DNA from: an uncultured Candidatus Saccharibacteria bacterium
GTDB lineage: Bacteria; Patescibacteriota; Minisyncoccia; UBA6257; UBA9933
Direction: 5' to 3'
Assembly (NCBI GenBank): GCA_964428615.1
Contig: CAYRXZ010000002.1
Coordinates: 968 to 64,967 of the forward strand
DNA: 64,000 bases
The notes beneath the pieces were generated by a model that saw only the letters and a program-made list of their open reading frames with translations, made no database searches and was not told the origin of the DNA. A program made the translations under genes and the position numbers. Of the stretch, positions 16,720-27,991 are shown piece after piece (positions within the stretch are counted from its first letter, which is position 1; each line of letters opens with the position of its first letter).

Positions 16720-17781
16720 ATGAAAATTCTTGCGATTGAAACAAGCTGCGATGAAACGGCTATCGCCTTGGTAAGTGCTGATGGCGGACTAAAAAGTCCA
16801 CGTTTTAAAATTTTAGAAAATTTAGTGGCTTCGCAAATAAAAATTCACCGGCCGTTCGGGGGGGTGGTGCCAAACCTCGCTAAGCGCGAACATCAAAAGA
16901 ATCTACCGATTCTTTTTAAGCAAATACAAAATACTAAATACAAAATACAAAATACTGACCTAATCGCGGTTACGGTTGGACCGGGTTTGGAGCCGGCGCT
17001 TTGGACGGGTATCAACTTTGTTGAAGAATTAAGAATTAAGAATGAAGAATTAAGAATTGTTGGGGCGAATCATTTGTCGGGGCATTTATATAGCTTTTTG
17101 TTATCACCCGCCTTCGCTAATGCTTCGGCGAGGCAGGCAGAAAATAAACAAGGAAGTATTTTTCCAGCAGTGGCACTGGTTATAAGCGGCGGGCATACGA
17201 TTCTTTTATTAATGAAAAATTTGGCGCATTATAAAAAACTTGGGGAAACAAGAGACGACGCGGTGGGTGAGTGCTTTGATAAAGTCGCAAGATTACTCAA
17301 GCTCCCCTATCCCGGCGGGCCGGAGATTGAAAAACTTGCCAAGCTTGGCAATTCAAAAGCTATAGATTTTCCCAGGCCGATGCTTAACCAAAAAAACTAT
17401 GACTTCAGTTTTTCGGGGTTGAAAACGTCGGTATTGTATTTTTTTAGAGACAAGGAAAATGCGACATGTAAAAAGGCAGACATCGCGGCGAGTTTTCAGC
17501 AAGCGGCATTCGATGTTTTAATTAAAAAAACCCTTCGCGCCGTAGAGGAATTTGGCGCCAAATCTGTTATGATTTCAGGAGGTGTGGCGGCGAATTGTTC
17601 GCTTCGAAAAGAATTTCGAAGCGCCTTGAAACATAAAATTTGGAACTTGAAACTCAAGCCGAAATTACTTGTCACGAAATTTCCGACAGACAACGCGGCG
17701 ATGATTGCGGCGGGAGCGTATATTGATTATTTGAATAAGAAAAAATATAAATTAATCGCTAATGGGAGTTTATCACTTTAG
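16720..17781 (+). CDS. tsaD: tRNA N6-threonylcarbamoyltransferase TsaD with repeat-derived inserts
   Basis: ILAIETSCDET, GGVVP..A.R.H, NHL.GH, SGGHT, DDAVGE.FDK, FSFSGLKT, DNAAMIA. Confidence 0.96.
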   Translation: MKILAIETSCDETAIALVSADGGLKSPRFKILENLVASQIKIHRPFGGVVPNLAKREHQKNLPILFKQIQNTKYKIQNTDLIAVTVGPGLEPALWTGINFVEELRIKNEELRIVGANHLSGHLYSFLLSPAFANASARQAENKQGSIFPAVALVISGGHTILLLMKNLAHYKKLGETRDDAVGECFDKVARLLKLPYPGGPEIEKLAKLGNSKAIDFPRPMLNQKNYDFSFSGLKTSVLYFFRDKENATCKKADIAASFQQAAFDVLIKKTLRAVEEFGAKSVMISGGVAANCSLRKEFRSALKHKIWNLKLKPKLLVTKFPTDNAAMIAAGAYIDYLNKKKYKLIANGSLSL

Positions 17782-17812
17782 TGAAATATTTAAACACTAA
17801 AACACATATAAA

Positions 17813-18889
17813 ATGCTTTCACTTGTCCGACAATTTGATTGGAAATTGAATTTTGCGGTTTTATTTTTAATAGTGGCCGGACTGGCCTCTTTAGCTTCAA
17901 GCCAGCCAGATTTGTTTTGGAAGCAGCTCATTTTCGCCATTATTGGGATCCTTGTGGCCACAGCATTTCTCTTTTTTAATTGGCAAGCTTACGCAAATTA
18001 TCGAGGGGCTATTTTTTGGCTTTATACTATTTCAATTTTACTTTTACTTATTACTGAATTTTTTGCTCCTTCAATAAGGGGTACAAAAGGTTGGTTGGTT
18101 TTTGGAGATATTCATTTTCAAGTTTCGGAGTTCGCCAAGTTGGCGCTTATATTGGTGTTCGCGAAATTTTTTAGTCGGAAAAACATCGGCATCGCTAAAT
18201 TTTCAAATTTACTCGGTTCGTTTTTGTATTTTTGTGTGCCGGCAGGATTAGTAGCTCTTCAGCCGGATTTCGGTTCGGCTTTGGTGCTCTTTTGTATTTG
18301 GTTCGGCTTTCTCTTGGTAAGTGGGATAAAATATAAACATTTAATAATCGCCGTGATAATTTTTTCTATCTTAGGAGGAGTAGTTTGGAATGCGGTTTTG
18401 GAAGGTTATCAAAAAGATAGAGTTATGGGTTTTATTTTCCCCGATAGAGATCCATTGGGTGTAAATTATAATGTTATTCAGGCGAAAATCGCTATTGGTT
18501 CGGCTGGACTTTTCGGCAAGGGATTTGGTCAGGGAAGTCAGGTACAACTTGGATTTTTACCTGAGGCATCGACAGATTTTATTTTTTCAGCCTTTATTGA
18601 AGAATGGGGGACACTTGCGGGATTTTTCCTGATTTTAGTTTTTACGTTTTTGATTTTTAGGATTATTAGAATAGGATTGGATGCGGATAATAATTTTGGG
18701 CGATTTATTTGCTTGGGAACGGTGATTTTATTTGTGGTGCAATTTATTTTTAATATTGGTTCAAATTTAGGGCTGACTCCGGTTATAGGAGTCACGTTCC
18801 CATTTTTAAGTTATGGAGGTTCGAGTCTATTGACGAATTTAATTTTCATGGGTATAATCCAGTCAGTTTTTATGCGCCGTTCCATTTAA
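17813..18889 (+). CDS. rodA: SEDS family glycosyltransferase, RodA-like
   Basis: multi-TM, Q.SEFAK, QPDFG, IAIGSAG..GKG, LPE..TDFIF, P..SYGGSS. Confidence 0.85.
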   Translation: MLSLVRQFDWKLNFAVLFLIVAGLASLASSQPDLFWKQLIFAIIGILVATAFLFFNWQAYANYRGAIFWLYTISILLLLITEFFAPSIRGTKGWLVFGDIHFQVSEFAKLALILVFAKFFSRKNIGIAKFSNLLGSFLYFCVPAGLVALQPDFGSALVLFCIWFGFLLVSGIKYKHLIIAVIIFSILGGVVWNAVLEGYQKDRVMGFIFPDRDPLGVNYNVIQAKIAIGSAGLFGKGFGQGSQVQLGFLPEASTDFIFSAFIEEWGTLAGFFLILVFTFLIFRIIRIGLDADNNFGRFICLGTVILFVVQFIFNIGSNLGLTPVIGVTFPFLSYGGSSLLTNLIFMGIIQSVFMRRSI

Positions 18890-18894
18890 TTTAA

Positions 18895-19914
18895 ATGAAC
18901 AAAAATAAATTAATACCCTCGGCTTTTTTTATTTTAGCGGCTTTGGTAATCGGATGGGGACTTTTTCACGAAAAAGAATCTATAGATTTTTTAAAACTTA
19001 AAGAAGTAGAAATTAACAAGGGAATGAGTTTTGGTGAGGTTTCAAGTGAATTAAAGACGATAGGAGTTATTTCATCAGAAGTGATTTTTAAAATTTATGG
19101 TGCACTAAGTGGAGCTTTTAGAGATATAAAGCCGGGAAGATATTTTGTCCCAGAAAGTATTAGTATTTCAAAATTGATAAAAGTTTTAGTTGAAGGGCCG
19201 GAAGAAATTAAAATAATTATTCCTCCGGGGCTGACGCTTATAGAGATAAACGATAAATTAAGTGTGGCAGGAGTAATTAAACCGGGTGAATTGATAAATT
19301 TTAACATTGATAATTTAAGAGAGGAATACCCATGGTTGCCAGCTTGGAGAAAAAGCGTTATTGCCGGGCCGCTGGAAGGATTTTTAATGCCCGATACTTA
19401 TAATTTTTTTGCAGGCGCAGATATTGAATCAACAGTAAGAATATTCCTTGATAATTTTTACAAAAAGGCGGGGGGTATAGGGGGCTTGCTTTTTTTTGCG
19501 GAACAAGGTAGTGTTTTGAAAATAATCAATTTGGCTTCAATCTTGGAAAAAGAAGTGCCGGATAGTTCCGAGCGGCGTTTGGTTGCGGGTATTTTAGAAA
19601 AGAGATTATCAGTAGGAATGCCATTACAGGTTGATGCCGTTTTGGTTTATGAAAATTGCGATGGAAGATTTTTAAATTGTCCATCGCTTAATAAAAATAA
19701 TTTCAAAGAAGATTCGGCATACAATGTTTATACAAGACAAGGATTGCCGCCCGGACCGATTTCGAATCCATCAATTGACGCAATTGAAGCCGCCCTAACT
19801 CCGATAAAATCAGATTATTGGTATTATCTTTCTGACCCAAAAACAAAACAAACTATTTTTAGCAAAACATTAGACGAGCATAATGAAAATAGGGCAAAAT
19901 ATTTAAATTTGTGA
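18895..19914 (+). CDS. mltG: endolytic transglycosylase MltG
   Basis: LEGFLMPDTY, ASILEKE, GMPLQVD, YN.Y...GLPPGPISNP. Confidence 0.92.
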   Translation: MNKNKLIPSAFFILAALVIGWGLFHEKESIDFLKLKEVEINKGMSFGEVSSELKTIGVISSEVIFKIYGALSGAFRDIKPGRYFVPESISISKLIKVLVEGPEEIKIIIPPGLTLIEINDKLSVAGVIKPGELINFNIDNLREEYPWLPAWRKSVIAGPLEGFLMPDTYNFFAGADIESTVRIFLDNFYKKAGGIGGLLFFAEQGSVLKIINLASILEKEVPDSSERRLVAGILEKRLSVGMPLQVDAVLVYENCDGRFLNCPSLNKNNFKEDSAYNVYTRQGLPPGPISNPSIDAIEAALTPIKSDYWYYLSDPKTKQTIFSKTLDEHNENRAKYLNL

Positions 19915-19967
19915 TTAATTTTGTTCCCGTATTTAAGGCTTAGTGTAAAACGGGGAATTTTATTTTT

Positions 19968-22900
19968 ATGAAAATGCCGACCAAAATTTTTTCATCGCAT
20001 CCGGCTCCATTTTTTGAGCAGCAATTCCTAGCGGAAATTCAAATCGCTTCATGGAATTGGTTCGTGAAAAAGGGGCTGAAAGAGCTTTTTGATGAAATTT
20101 CGCCAATACGCGATTATTCCGGAAAAGAACTTGAGCTTTATTTTTCTAATTACTTTTTTGACGAACCGAAATATGACGAAGAAACCGCGCAATATAAGGG
20201 CCTTTCTTATGAGGCTGCTTTAAGAGCGAAAGTAAAACTTGTGAACAAACATGACAAGTCGGACACCAGGGAACAAGAGGTTTATCTTGGTGATTTTCCT
20301 GTGATGACTAAGCGCGGAACCTTTATAATTAATGGAGTAGAAAGAGTTGTAGTTTCGCAACTTATTCGTTCTTCCGGGGTTTTCTTTACGGCTGATGTTT
20401 TTAAAAATAAGAAACTTTTTGGCGGAAAAATAATTCCAAATCGTGGAGCGTGGCTTGAATTTAACACGGAGTCCGATGGATTTATTAGTGTAAAAATAGA
20501 CCGGCACCGCAAAGCGCCGGTTACCGCGCTTTTTAAGATTTTCGGCATGGAGAATAACGAGCAGATATTAAAAGAATTTGCCGATGTTTCAGATGAGTTT
20601 AACTCAATAGAAGCGACGTTAAAAAAAGATGTTTCTAAAACCTCTTTAGAAGCTTATAGCGAAATTTATAAACGGCTTAGGCCAGGTGATTTAGCGACCG
20701 CCGAAAACGCCAAAAGTTTAATAGACGCTATGTTTGAAAGACTTGATCGTTATAGTCTTTCGCCTGTTGGCCGATTCAAAATAAATCAAAGACTTGGACT
20801 AAAAAATAAAGATTCACAACTTCTTAACTTAGAAGATTTAATTTTAATGGTTAAGGAAATTATTCGACTTAATAATACGCCTTCTGCAGAAGCAGATGAT
20901 ATAGACCATTTGGGAAATCGTAGAATTAGGGCGGTGGGAGAGCTTTTACAAAGCAGGCTTTATGTCGGTTTTGCAAGGCTTCGCAGAATAATTCAAGATA
21001 GAATGTCTACGCTTGAAGAGGAAAATTTGACTCCGCTCCAGCTTATAAATGCCAGACCATTGGTGGCGGTAGTGAAAGAATTCTTCTCTTCTTCTCAGCT
21101 TTCGCAATTTATGGATCAGGTTAATCCTCTTGCCGAACTTGAACATAAACGCCGACTTTCCGCTATGGGTCCAGGGGGTTTAACTAGAGAACGCGCGGGT
21201 TTTGAAGTTCGCGATGTTCATAGCTCTTATTATGGAAGAATTTGCCCAATTGAAACTCCAGAGGGTCAAAACATCGGTCTTATCAGCCATTTGGCAAACT
21301 ATTCTCGTTTGAATGAGTATGGATTTTTGGAAACTCCTTATTTCCCTGTTAAGAATGGGAAAATTGGAGCGGATGTGGTTTGGATGAATGCCTTGGATGA
21401 AGAAAAATATAAAATTGCGCAGGGGAGTACAAGATTGGATAATAATGGAAAAATAGCTGATGAAATAGTTAATATTAGATTAAATAATCAGCCGACTGTG
21501 GTTAAAAAAGAAGAGGTTGAATATATAGATGTTTCATATAATCAAATTATGGCCGTTGCTCCGTCGCTTATTCCTTTTTTAGAACATGATGACGCGAATA
21601 GAGCGTTAATGGGTTCGAATATGCAGAGACAAGCGGTTCCTCCAATAAGGCCGCAGGCACCTTTAGTTTCAACAGGGATAGAAGAAAAAGCCGCGTTTGA
21701 TTCAGGCAGATTAATTATTGCTGAGGCTGATGGAATTGTTGTGGAAGTTGATGGTAGAGGAATCACAATTGAAGAAAATAACGGTAAAAAGAAAAATTAT
21801 ATAGTTCATAAATTCCAGCGTTCAAATTATTACACTTCAATTTCAGAAAGACCGTTGGTAAAAAAAGGCGCAAAAGTAAAGAAAGGGGATGTCTTGGCGG
21901 ATTGTTCTTCTTCGGAAGACGGTGTTTTAGCTTTAGGACAAAATCTTTTAGTGGCCTTTACTCCATGGGAAGGAGCAAACTTTGAAGACGCTATAATTCT
22001 TTCAGAGCGTGTAAGAGGAAATGATATTTTTAGTTCAATATATATAGAAGATTTTTATTGCGATATTCGTGATACTAAACTTGGACCGGAATTAACGACT
22101 CCAGATATTCCGAATGTGCCGGAAGATAGGCTTAAAAATTTGGATGAAGAAGGAATAATTAGAATCGGCGCCGAAGTTAGAGCCGGTGATATTTTAGTTG
22201 GAAAAATTTCTCCTAAAGGAGAGGTGGAGATGACATCAGAAGAAAAACTTTTGCGTGCGGTTTTTGGCGAAAAAGTTGCTGATGTGCGCGATACTTCTTT
22301 GGTTTTGCCACACGGAAAATCAGGGAGAATTGTCGGGATAAAAATATTCTTAAGAGATCATGGCGATAAACTTGAACCGGGCGTAATCAAAAGAATTCAA
22401 GTTGATATTGCTCAATTAAGAAAAGTGCGCGCCGGAGACAAACTTGCCGGACGCCATGGAAACAAAGGTGTTATTTCACAAGTTCGGCCGGTTGAAGATA
22501 TGCCGTATCTTGAAGACGGTACTCCGGTAGATATTATATTAAATCCACTTGGTATTGCTTCCCGTATGAATTTGGGACAGGTTCTGGAAACGCATTTGGG
22601 TATGGCTGCTAAAAAACTTGGTTATCGCGCAATTACTCCGGTTTTTGTCGGCGCCACAGAAAAGCAGATAAAGGAGGAGCTTAAGAAGGCGAATTTGCCG
22701 GAAACCGGTAAGATGATTGCTTACGATGGTAGAACAGGAAAGCCGTTCCCTTGTCCAATTACTGTGGGTTATATATATATGTTGAAACTTAATCATTTAG
22801 TTGAAGATAAAATCCATATGCGCTCTACCGGACCGTACTCACTTATTACTCAACAGCCACTTGGCGGAAAGGCTCAATTTGGAGGCCAGCGTTTTGGAGA

Positions 22901-23156
22901 AATGGAAGTGTGGGCTCTTGAAGGTTATGGCGCAGCACATACGCTTCAGGAAATGCTTACGATAAAATCAGATGATATTTTTGGCCGTGGCGCAGCATTT
23001 GAATCAATTATTCGTGGAGAAAAAATTAAAAATCCCAGCACACCTTCAGCATTCAATGTCTTGGTTAGTGAAATAAAAGCTTTGGGGCTTGGAGTAGAAA
23101 CGATTATGGGAGAAGAAAAGCCGCGAAGATTAATTAAAGAAGAAGATAAAGAATAA
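19968..23156 (+). CDS. rpoB: RNA polymerase beta subunit
   Basis: INGVERVVVSQL, GRICPIETPEG, GDKLAGRHGNKG, GGQRFGEMEVWAL. Confidence 0.99.
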   Translation: MKMPTKIFSSHPAPFFEQQFLAEIQIASWNWFVKKGLKELFDEISPIRDYSGKELELYFSNYFFDEPKYDEETAQYKGLSYEAALRAKVKLVNKHDKSDTREQEVYLGDFPVMTKRGTFIINGVERVVVSQLIRSSGVFFTADVFKNKKLFGGKIIPNRGAWLEFNTESDGFISVKIDRHRKAPVTALFKIFGMENNEQILKEFADVSDEFNSIEATLKKDVSKTSLEAYSEIYKRLRPGDLATAENAKSLIDAMFERLDRYSLSPVGRFKINQRLGLKNKDSQLLNLEDLILMVKEIIRLNNTPSAEADDIDHLGNRRIRAVGELLQSRLYVGFARLRRIIQDRMSTLEEENLTPLQLINARPLVAVVKEFFSSSQLSQFMDQVNPLAELEHKRRLSAMGPGGLTRERAGFEVRDVHSSYYGRICPIETPEGQNIGLISHLANYSRLNEYGFLETPYFPVKNGKIGADVVWMNALDEEKYKIAQGSTRLDNNGKIADEIVNIRLNNQPTVVKKEEVEYIDVSYNQIMAVAPSLIPFLEHDDANRALMGSNMQRQAVPPIRPQAPLVSTGIEEKAAFDSGRLIIAEADGIVVEVDGRGITIEENNGKKKNYIVHKFQRSNYYTSISERPLVKKGAKVKKGDVLADCSSSEDGVLALGQNLLVAFTPWEGANFEDAIILSERVRGNDIFSSIYIEDFYCDIRDTKLGPELTTPDIPNVPEDRLKNLDEEGIIRIGAEVRAGDILVGKISPKGEVEMTSEEKLLRAVFGEKVADVRDTSLVLPHGKSGRIVGIKIFLRDHGDKLEPGVIKRIQVDIAQLRKVRAGDKLAGRHGNKGVISQVRPVEDMPYLEDGTPVDIILNPLGIASRMNLGQVLETHLGMAAKKLGYRAITPVFVGATEKQIKEELKKANLPETGKMIAYDGRTGKPFPCPITVGYIYMLKLNHLVEDKIHMRSTGPYSLITQQPLGGKAQFGGQRFGEMEVWALEGYGAAHTLQEMLTIKSDDIFGRGAAFESIIRGEKIKNPSTPSAFNVLVSEIKALGLGVETIMGEEKPRRLIKEEDKE

Positions 23157-23163
23157 TAAAAAA

Positions 23164-26100
23164 ATGTTAGAAATAAATGCTTTAAAAATAAAAATAGCGT
23201 CGCCCGAAGAAATTCTTTCATGGTCTCATGGAGAGGTTTTAAAAGCGGAAACAATCAATTATCGGAGCCAGCGCCCTGAAAAAGACGGACTTTTTTCCGA
23301 GCGGATTTTTGGTCCGACAAAAGATTACGAATGTTATTGTGGAAAATACAAAAGAGTTCGTTATAAAGACATTGTTTGTGATCGTTGTGGCGTGGAAGTA
23401 ACTCGCTCCTCTGTTCGTCGTGAAAGGATGGGGCATATTAAATTAGCGACTCCAGTGGCGCATATTTGGTTTTTAAGAACAATTCCTTCAAAAATAGGAT
23501 TGTTTTTGAATTCACCTCTTCAAAAGTTGGAAAAAGTTATTTATTACGCCGCATATATTGTTACCAAGGTAAATGAAGAGAATAAAAAATTAGCGTTAGA
23601 AGAACTTGAACGCGAACTTCGTTCAAAAAAGAAAAACTCTTCGTCAAAAGATAATAAAAGTGATCTTGAAAGTGCGGCTTCCGATGTTAGAGATATCATT
23701 CTTTCACTTAAACCCGGAAAAATTTTAACTGAAAACGAATATTTTAGTCTGGCAAAAAGATTTGGCAGTGTTTTTGAGGCAGGTAGTGGAGCTGAAGCAG
23801 TTAAAAAGATATTAGAAGGCATTGATTTGAAAAAAGAGGCAGCAAAAATAGAGAAAGAGCTTGCAGATATAAAAGACATTAGCCGTGAACGCTATTTGCT
23901 TTATAGGCTTAAGTTGATGAAGTCTTTTATAAAAAATAAAAATAGGCCTGAATGGATGGTTATGACTGTTTTGCCGATTTTGCCGCCGGATTTACGGCCG
24001 ATGGTTGCCTTGGATGGAGGTAGATTTGCCACATCCGATCTTAATGATTTATATCGCCGAGTTATAAACCGTAATAATCGCTTAAAAAAATTAATAGAGC
24101 TGAAGGCGCCGGAAATTATCGTCACTAATGAAAAAAGGATGTTACAGGAATCAATAGATGCCCTAATAGACAATACCGCCAGATTTGGTAATCAGCCGCA
24201 ACTTTCAAGCCAGCGCCGGCCATTACGTTCTCTTGCGGACATGCTTAAGGGAAAACAGGGCAGATTCCGCCAAAACCTACTTGGAAAACGCGTTGATTAT
24301 TCCGGACGTTCGGTTATCGCCGTCGGTCCTGATTTAAAACTTAATGAATGCGGTTTGCCTAAAAAAATGGCATTGGAAATTTTTAAACCCTTTGTCATTA
24401 ATAAAATAATTGAGCGAGGTATGGCCCATAATATCAGAAATGCCAACCATTTAATAGAAGCTGCTACGCCGGAAATCTGGGAAATTTTAGAAGAAGTTAT
24501 TGCCGGTAAGAAAGTGCTTTTAAACCGCGCGCCGACACTTCACAGGCTTGGCATTCAAGCGTTTAAACCGATATTAATAGAAGATTTATGTATAAGAATC
24601 CCGCCGATGGTTTGTACTGCCTTTAATGCCGACTTTGACGGAGACCAAATGGCTGTTCATTTGCCTTTAACAGAAGAAGCCCAAAAAGAAGCGAGCGAAT
24701 TAATGCTCGCCTCGGGAAATATTTTAAAGCCGGCAACCGGTGAGCCGGTTATTACCCCCTCGCAGGATATTGTTTTGGGTTGTTATTATTTAACTAAAAT
24801 TGTCGAAGAAGATAGCGTAAAAGAAGGAGAAGAAAAAGTTTTTGTTGATATTGATGAGGCGATGATGGCTTATGAATTTGGCTACATTAAAATAAATGAA
24901 TATATTAGAGTAGGCAGAATTATTGGAGAAGAAAAATTAGTAAGAACCAGTGTTGGCAGGCTTATTTTTAATTCCATTTTACCGAAAGGTTTTAACTTTG
25001 TTAATAAAGTAATGGCAAAGAAAGAGCTTCAGAAGTTCATAATGGAATTAATAGAGAAGTATAAGCTTAATAAAGTTTGGGAGATTTTAGATGAAATAAA
25101 AAAACTTGGATTTTATTGGGCAACTATTTCCGGTATCAGTTGGGGAATGGATGATTTAAGTGTCCCGCCGGAAAAAAAGAAATTATTTGAGGAAGCAGAG
25201 AAAGAAATAGTTAAAATAAAAGAACAATATGGAGACGGCCTTTTGACCGCTTCGGAGTCAAGAATAAAAACAATTGAAATTTGGGAAAAAACAATTATTG
25301 CGGTTGGTAAGCAAGTTGCCGCCTCTTTTAATAAGCGAAGCCCGGTTTTTTCAATTATTGAATCTGGCGCAAGAGGAAGTTGGTCGCAACCGATTCAGAT
25401 GGCGGGTATGAAAGGATTAGTTGCGAATCCAAAAGGAGAAACAATAGAATTGCCGATTAAAGCGTCTTATAAAGAAGGGTTAAGCGTTTTAGAGTTTTTT
25501 ATTAATACCCATGGCGCTAGAAAAGGATTGATTGATACTGCTTTAAAAACTGCTTCTGCCGGATATCTGACAAGGCGCTTGGTTGATGTTTCGCAAGACT
25601 TGGTTATCAGAGAAAGAGATTGTAGAACAAAAGAATCAATAGAAGTTTTGAGAGTTGACGGCGATGCTTTTGGATATAATTTTGGCCAAAGGCTCATTAG
25701 CCGTACTACTGCGGATGATATTAAAGATGGGAAGAAAATAATAGTGAAAGCCGGGGAAATAATTGATCGTGAAAATGCGGAGATTATTAGTAAATCGGAA
25801 ATTAAATCCATTAGGTTGCGTTCACCAATAACATGTAAGACTCTTTATGGCATTTGTTCTAAATGTTACGGCTCTGACCTTGGAAAAAACAAGCCGGTAA
25901 AAATAGGCGAGGCGGTTGGAGTTATCGCTGCACAATCAATTGGAGAGCCTGGTACTCAGCTTACATTGAGAACTTTCCACACAGGAGGAACTGCCGGTAT
26001 TGATATTACACATGGTTTGCCGAGGGTTCAGGAACTTTTTGAAGTTAGAATTCCAAAAGGAAAGGCTCCTTTAGCTGAAGCTGATGGAATGATAGAGGAG

Positions 26101-26763
26101 ATAGAAGAAAAAGAAAATTTGAAAATAATAAAATTGAAAATCTTAAAGCCGGGCAAGACGACTAAAGGCGCAAAAAAAGCTAAAGAAAAAATAGTAGAAT
26201 ATATCATCCCGCGCGCCAACACTCTTTTTATAGAAACAGGTCAAACAGTTGAAAAAGGATACCAGCTTTGCGAAGGCTCAATAGAATTAAAAGAACTTTT
26301 CAATTTGAAGGGGCGCGAGGCGGTTGAAAGGTATGTTATAAATGAAGTTCAAAAGATTTACGTTTCCGAAGGAACAAATATAAGCGATAAACACATTGAA
26401 ATTATTATCAAAAAAATGTTTTCTCGCGTTATGATAAAAAGCCTAGGAGCCACAGATTTTGTAATGGGCGAAATAGTGGAAAAGTCGAAATTTCTTGAAG
26501 CTAATCGTGAGGTTAAGCGCAAAGGAAAAGAATTGGCGCGCGCAAAACAACTCTTAACAGGTATAACAAAAACCGCTCTTTCAACAGAGAGTTTCTTATC
26601 TTCCGCCTCGTTCCAAGAAACTGCGAGGGTTTTAGTGCTTGCTGCTTCAGAAGGAAGAATAGATAATTTGAGAGGATTGAAGGAAAATGTTATTATTGGT
26701 CGATTGATTCCGGCGGGCACAGGGTTTAGAGATGATTTGACTAATAGTCATGAAAAAGATTAA
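23164..26763 (+). CDS. rpoC: RNA polymerase beta' subunit
   Basis: zinc-binding Cys motifs, [10 protein letters not shown], catalytic [17 protein letters not shown]. Confidence 0.99.
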   Translation: MLEINALKIKIASPEEILSWSHGEVLKAETINYRSQRPEKDGLFSERIFGPTKDYECYCGKYKRVRYKDIVCDRCGVEVTRSSVRRERMGHIKLATPVAHIWFLRTIPSKIGLFLNSPLQKLEKVIYYAAYIVTKVNEENKKLALEELERELRSKKKNSSSKDNKSDLESAASDVRDIILSLKPGKILTENEYFSLAKRFGSVFEAGSGAEAVKKILEGIDLKKEAAKIEKELADIKDISRERYLLYRLKLMKSFIKNKNRPEWMVMTVLPILPPDLRPMVALDGGRFATSDLNDLYRRVINRNNRLKKLIELKAPEIIVTNEKRMLQESIDALIDNTARFGNQPQLSSQRRPLRSLADMLKGKQGRFRQNLLGKRVDYSGRSVIAVGPDLKLNECGLPKKMALEIFKPFVINKIIERGMAHNIRNANHLIEAATPEIWEILEEVIAGKKVLLNRAPTLHRLGIQAFKPILIEDLCIRIPPMVCTAFNADFDGDQMAVHLPLTEEAQKEASELMLASGNILKPATGEPVITPSQDIVLGCYYLTKIVEEDSVKEGEEKVFVDIDEAMMAYEFGYIKINEYIRVGRIIGEEKLVRTSVGRLIFNSILPKGFNFVNKVMAKKELQKFIMELIEKYKLNKVWEILDEIKKLGFYWATISGISWGMDDLSVPPEKKKLFEEAEKEIVKIKEQYGDGLLTASESRIKTIEIWEKTIIAVGKQVAASFNKRSPVFSIIESGARGSWSQPIQMAGMKGLVANPKGETIELPIKASYKEGLSVLEFFINTHGARKGLIDTALKTASAGYLTRRLVDVSQDLVIRERDCRTKESIEVLRVDGDAFGYNFGQRLISRTTADDIKDGKKIIVKAGEIIDRENAEIISKSEIKSIRLRSPITCKTLYGICSKCYGSDLGKNKPVKIGEAVGVIAAQSIGEPGTQLTLRTFHTGGTAGIDITHGLPRVQELFEVRIPKGKAPLAEADGMIEEIEEKENLKIIKLKILKPGKTTKGAKKAKEKIVEYIIPRANTLFIETGQTVEKGYQLCEGSIELKELFNLKGREAVERYVINEVQKIYVSEGTNISDKHIEIIIKKMFSRVMIKSLGATDFVMGEIVEKSKFLEANREVKRKGKELARAKQLLTGITKTALSTESFLSSASFQETARVLVLAASEGRIDNLRGLKENVIIGRLIPAGTGFRDDLTNSHEKD

Positions 26764-26782
26764 TATAAGGTGAATATAAATT

Positions 26783-27235
26783 ATGTCTGAAGAAATAAAA
26801 AATTACGAAATAGGCTTTTTGTTGAAATCTGAAGAGGACCGTAAGATTATTTTTAGCGTTATTGAAAGCGCGGGGTTTAATCTTTTAAATGAAGGATTGA
26901 TATCAAATGTTAAACTTGCCTATCCAATAAAGAAGCAAAATTTTGCCCAATTTGGCTATGTTTATTTTTCAGCAGAACCAGACAAAATAGAGGAATTTAA
27001 GAAAGATTTAAGTATGGCACCGGCTGTTTTGAGATTTACGGTTTTCGCCGATCCTGTCATTAAAATAAAAGAAGACGAAGCGCGTGCCGAAAAAAAATAT
27101 TTCGAAAGCGAAAAACATGTGAATATTCAAGAGGCGCAGCCGGTAAAAGAAAGAAGACAAACTGTAAAATCACAAAAAGTTGAAACTTTAACCAATGAGG
27201 ATTTAGAGAGAAAATTAGAAGAAATATTGAAATAA
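26783..27235 (+). CDS. rpsF: 30S ribosomal protein S6
   Basis: YEIGF, LAYPIKK, VLRF; rpsF-ssb-rpsR order. Confidence 0.9.
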   Translation: MSEEIKNYEIGFLLKSEEDRKIIFSVIESAGFNLLNEGLISNVKLAYPIKKQNFAQFGYVYFSAEPDKIEEFKKDLSMAPAVLRFTVFADPVIKIKEDEARAEKKYFESEKHVNIQEAQPVKERRQTVKSQKVETLTNEDLERKLEEILK

Positions 27236-27239
27236 AGAT

Positions 27240-27692
27240 ATGGATTTAAATAAAGTTTTTGTTCTTGGTAGATTAACAGCGGACCCGCAATTAAGGTCTA
27301 CACCAACAGGACAGCAAGTTACAAGTTTTGGCGTGGCTACAAATAGGGTTTGGAATGATAAAAGTGGAATTAAGCAGCAGGAAGTAGAGTTTCACAATAT
27401 TGTGCTTTGGGGCAGGCAGGCGGAAATAGTTACTCAATTTTTAACTAAGGGGAGTATGATATTAATAGAAGGTAGATTAAGAACAAGAACTTGGCAAAAC
27501 CAGCAAGGGCAAACAATGAGAACAACTGAGATTATTGGAGAAAGAATTCAGTTAGGGCCAAGACCAATGGGGCAAGGCCAGCCAAAAGATTCTTCAGGTT
27601 CGGCAAAAGAAGGTTTTTCTTCGCCGAAAAACGATTTGCCCGAAATAAATATAGATGAAGAAGAAATAACAGCGGAAGATCTTCCATTTTAA
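27240..27692 (+). CDS. ssb: single-stranded DNA-binding protein
   Basis: NKVFVLGRL..DP, EGRL.TR.W, C-terminal DLPF. Confidence 0.97.
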   Translation: MDLNKVFVLGRLTADPQLRSTPTGQQVTSFGVATNRVWNDKSGIKQQEVEFHNIVLWGRQAEIVTQFLTKGSMILIEGRLRTRTWQNQQGQTMRTTEIIGERIQLGPRPMGQGQPKDSSGSAKEGFSSPKNDLPEINIDEEEITAEDLPF

Positions 27693-27697
27693 AAAAT

Positions 27698-27895
27698 ATG
27701 CAATGTTTTTTCTGTTCGCAAAATTCAAAAACGATAGATTATAAAGAAGTTGAAATACTTAAAAGGCTTGTTTCTTCGCAGGGTAAAATTATTGACCCTC
27801 GGTATACTGGCGCTTGCGCCAAGCACCAAAGGATGATAAGTAACGCTATAAAAAGAGCGAGAATAATGGGATTGTTGCCGTTTGTTAAGCGGTAA
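27698..27895 (+). CDS. rpsR: 30S ribosomal protein S18 (zinc-binding type)
   Basis: CFFC, IDYK, TG.CAKHQR, AIKRAR. Confidence 0.96.
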   Translation: MQCFFCSQNSKTIDYKEVEILKRLVSSQGKIIDPRYTGACAKHQRMISNAIKRARIMGLLPFVKR

Positions 27896-27921
27896 AAATT
27901 ACAAAAAATAAAACTTTTGAT

Positions 27922-27968
27922 AAAAAACGGGGTTGCAAATACAATAAGCTTTGCAATTCCGTTTTTTT
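27922..27968 (+). terminator. intrinsic terminator after rpsR
   Basis: AAAAAACGGGGTTGCAAA...TTTGCAATTCCGTTTTTTT. Confidence 0.75.
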
Positions 27969-27991
27969 ATCTTTTATAGTATAATTTGTTT

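Noticed and set aside
19924-19966. Hairpin plus T tract immediately before rpoB as an attenuator
   Set aside because: Weak stem with a large loop; cannot be told apart from an ordinary mltG terminator or chance
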